Shown one piece after another: positions 61,537 through 64,000 of a stretch of 64,000 nt of DNA; within the stretch, counting starts at the first letter, position 1; each line of letters begins with the position of its first letter. Below the pieces are notes generated by a model, which saw only the letters and a list, made by a program, of their open reading frames with translations, had not been told where the DNA came from and did not search any database. The stretch is taken from contig WRAS01000005.1 in NCBI GenBank assembly GCA_009780065.1, positions 7,013-71,012 of the forward strand. Reading direction: 5' to 3'. The position numbers and the translations under genes are program-made. Source of the stretch: Bacillota bacterium. Lineage in GTDB: Bacteria; Bacillota; Clostridia; Christensenellales; UBA1242.

Positions 61537-62784
61537 ATGAACTTAAGAAGTGAGCAGATACGAAGTGATTTAAGTTTAGATATTGCACTTGATCAACCAT
61601 TAACTCCAACAAAAATGATGGATGCTTTTATTGCTTGCCTAGGGAAAGAGCGTTGTAGTATTGAAATATTCGCGGGCAGGAAGACTTTAGTTTACACGCG
61701 CTATGACGGAATCAAAGACATATTACTGTTTGCCGCTATTACGTACTTAGGAGGAAATGGCCAGCATCCAATTTTCAAGAAGAGAATACAATTGCAGCAA
61801 GCATTTAAAAATGTTTATTTAGAAGTTGCAAATAACAGTCAATACAATGTCCGATTTATGGGCGTCTATCATTATGAAGGCAATATAGTCTTTGCAGATT
61901 TTGTTAAGGAAACTTATTTGCAAAAGAGGATGAATAATTCCGCAGCACACATTTACATCAACGATTTATTTCAAGCGATGAGAAATGGAGTTTTTGAAAA
62001 AATTGATAACTTTGGGAATAAAATCATATCAATCCGATTTAACAAACTCAAATCATATTTTAACAATGAATTTGAAACTAAGGCAGAGTTGTTTAAGATT
62101 TTTGAAGATTTTAATTCTACTCTTGGGTTTAATAATTGGATTACCGCGCAAAACGCAATAACCGAGATGTATGTCAACAAATGGTCGCAATGGAAACAGA
62201 CTGAATGGCCGGGGTGGTTTTTAGAATTCAAAATTGATCATTTCATTAAATCAAACAAATTGGAACATACAATACGTTATGTTGGTAGTTCACAGAAGAA
62301 AAATGATGATCTAGATTTTGATTTGTATTTTGCTGGCGATAAATTTTATGGCGACTTAAAAGCAAGCGATATGGGATATGATGTTTCTCCTGGTAATGAC
62401 CAAGAGGCATTTATCGAATGTATAAACAAGTACGATAGGTTTTGGTATGTCATCTACGAACACAATACAATTAAAGACAAAGACAGAAACTTTGAAGCAA
62501 CAAAATTTAGGTCGCACTTTTTAAGAGATAATGATGAGTGGAATAAGCGAAAAGAGTTTGACGAACTAAGTTATTCGTCAAGGATGAAAAATCAAGTACA
62601 GTTCGTTAATATGGTGATCATAGAATTGAATAGGATTAATTTTAGAAATGTGTTAAGTAATTTCAACCAGGGGCGTCAAACTGATGGTAATGCGAGAAGA
62701 GTTAAGTTTCTGATAAACAAAAGGAATCTAGATAACTTTGTTGTATATAGATGTAATCAGTTGTTTGAGGTGCAAAGTGAATAA
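61537..62784 (+). CDS. Putative type II restriction endonuclease (PD-(D/E)xK-like motif), family not recognised
   Basis: It lies immediately upstream of a C5-methyltransferase gene and overlaps its start. DLDFDLYFAGDKFYGDLKASD contains a D...D-x-K arrangement. The start is chosen at the ATG 5 nt after TG-A-TATCAT (61526-61531), whereas the track ORF begins at 61408. Confidence 0.5.
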   Translation: MNLRSEQIRSDLSLDIALDQPLTPTKMMDAFIACLGKERCSIEIFAGRKTLVYTRYDGIKDILLFAAITYLGGNGQHPIFKKRIQLQQAFKNVYLEVANNSQYNVRFMGVYHYEGNIVFADFVKETYLQKRMNNSAAHIYINDLFQAMRNGVFEKIDNFGNKIISIRFNKLKSYFNNEFETKAELFKIFEDFNSTLGFNNWITAQNAITEMYVNKWSQWKQTEWPGWFLEFKIDHFIKSNKLEHTIRYVGSSQKKNDDLDFDLYFAGDKFYGDLKASDMGYDVSPGNDQEAFIECINKYDRFWYVIYEHNTIKDKDRNFEATKFRSHFLRDNDEWNKRKEFDELSYSSRMKNQVQFVNMVIIELNRINFRNVLSNFNQGRQTDGNARRVKFLINKRNLDNFVVYRCNQLFEVQSE

Positions 62785-63931
62785 ATCTTTTAAGTTTGTT
62801 GATTTATTTTGTGGGATAGGTGGTTTTCACCAAGCACTAAAATCTTTTGGTGGTGAGTGTGTTTTTGCTGCTGACATTGATGACAACTGTGACAGTTTAT
62901 ACAAAATAAACTATGGACAGAATTGCAAGAACGATATTACGCAAGTTAACGAGAGGGATATTCCAGAGCATCAGGTGCTATGTGCGGGTTTTCCTTGTCA
63001 AGCATTCTCGAAGGCCGGAAAAAGGGCAGGTATCAATGACGCAAGGGGAACATTGTTTTTCGATATCTGTAGGATATTGCAGCACCACAAAACCAAATAT
63101 ATAATCCTAGAAAATGTGCGAAATCTTTTTTCTCACGATGACGGAAATACATGGAAAATAATTCAGACGCTACTTCAAGATCTTGGCTATCGGTTAACTG
63201 CGAAACCGTTAATTCTAAGCCCACATCAATTTGGTATACCTCAGTTTAGAGAGAGAGTCTATATTCTAGGTATCTACGACCCACAAAATGTGAATCTACC
63301 ACTAGATATAAATCTGCCTTTGTTGCTGTCAAAAGAGCGTAATGATATTTTTGACATAATCAAAGAACCGGTGGACAAAAAATATTATATTAACGAATAT
63401 GAAGAAAAAGTTCTCCATACTTGGGATGAGTTTTACCAAGGCATAAACTTAAAAGTTATTGGTTTTCCTGTTTGGTATGATTATTTCAAAGAGGAGGCTT
63501 GTGATTCTTTGCCTACATGGAAGAAAGAGTTCGTGATAAAAAACAACAGTCTTTATCAAGAAAACAAAGAATTCATCGACAAATGGGAGAAGAAACATAA
63601 CTATCTAAAAGATTTTAAACCAACGCACAGAAAGTTTGAGTGGCAAGCAGGCAAAAAGATCAAATCAATATGGGAAGGAGTAATTCAATTTAGACCATCT
63701 GGTATAAGGGTCAAGACGCCTGATTTGTTTCCAGCGCTTGTTGCTATTGTTCAAATTCCAATCATTGGCAAATACAAAAGGCGGCTAACACCAAGAGAGT
63801 GTGCTAGGCTGCAAAGTTTCCCAGAAGACTTTGTATGCGATATAAATGACTTGCAGGCATATAAACAATTTGGAAACAGCGTGAATGTCGATATAATTAA
63901 AACATTGTTCAACGAACTGAGAAAGTTTTAA
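62777..63931 (+). CDS. DNA (cytosine-5)-methyltransferase
   Basis: Motif I is FKFVDLFCGIGGF, motif IV is GFPCQAFSKAG, motif VI is ENVRNL, motif VIII is QFRERV and motif X is FGNSVNV. GTG start 6 nt after GAGG, overlapping the upstream stop by 8 nt (the track ORF begins at 62738). Confidence 0.9.
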   Translation: MNKSFKFVDLFCGIGGFHQALKSFGGECVFAADIDDNCDSLYKINYGQNCKNDITQVNERDIPEHQVLCAGFPCQAFSKAGKRAGINDARGTLFFDICRILQHHKTKYIILENVRNLFSHDDGNTWKIIQTLLQDLGYRLTAKPLILSPHQFGIPQFRERVYILGIYDPQNVNLPLDINLPLLLSKERNDIFDIIKEPVDKKYYINEYEEKVLHTWDEFYQGINLKVIGFPVWYDYFKEEACDSLPTWKKEFVIKNNSLYQENKEFIDKWEKKHNYLKDFKPTHRKFEWQAGKKIKSIWEGVIQFRPSGIRVKTPDLFPALVAIVQIPIIGKYKRRLTPRECARLQSFPEDFVCDINDLQAYKQFGNSVNVDIIKTLFNELRKF

Positions 63932-64000
63932 TTGCGAAATCAAAAAACTTTTCGTATTGAATACACAACACAATCACATGAAGGTATTTAACCTGTCATT

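Noticed and set aside
1-64000. Prophage, integrative element, CRISPR-Cas or multi-gene defence island
   Set aside because: No integrase, transposase, terminase, capsid, Cas, helicase-nuclease or other defence-type ORFs were recognised. The only defence-like content is the two-gene R-M pair at 61.5-63.9 kb and an orphan HicB-like gene.

Overview
This window is an AT-rich, gene-dense chromosomal segment. It looks like the replication-origin neighbourhood of a Bacillota (Firmicutes/Clostridia-like) bacterium that uses the standard genetic code. All calls rest on reading the ORF track and the DNA by eye; no searches were run, and family names come from recognised motifs.

Feature content:
- About 60 CDS. 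Housekeeping genes include dnaA (partial, minus strand), dnaN, rpmH-rnpA-yidD-yidC-jag, a short pyruvate kinase, cysS, rplK-rplA, rpsL-rpsG, glyQS, dnaX, gltX, dnaE, rplJ-rplL, whiA-like and yabP.
- Three tRNAs (Ser-GCU, Val-UAC, Arg-ACG) and one truncated tRNA-like fragment.
- A block of exported or surface proteins at 6.7-16.4 kb. It includes an M64/LRR/GLUG metalloprotease; a second GLUG-tailed S8 protease lies at 58.3-60.7 kb.
- An ABC exporter followed by a 783-aa secreted protein.
- A type II restriction-modification pair next to tRNA-Arg at the right edge.
- No rRNA, CRISPR array, transposase, integrase or prophage block was seen.

Observations most worth follow-up:
1. A 15-codon leader ORF with four consecutive Gly codons plus a terminator lies upstream of glyQS, where a T-box would be expected.
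2. An unannotated 44-codon Cys/His-rich peptide gene has a strong SD, its own promoter, a long 5' UTR and a terminator.
3. A conserved ~53-nt promoter/operator-like element occurs in three copies. Two form an inverted pair around a 2.5-kb segment, and one is fused to a truncated tRNA.
4. dnaX appears split, with its C-terminal domain encoded on the opposite strand next to ybaB.
5. In many genes a -10 box sits 5-8 nt upstream of the ATG with no Shine-Dalgarno, which suggests leaderless mRNAs.
6. Three frame disruptions affect the M64/GLUG protease, the S8 protease signal peptide, and a CYTH gene at a G8 tract.
7. Gene order at the origin is non-canonical, and a GC-rich imperfect palindrome lies between dnaA and dnaN.
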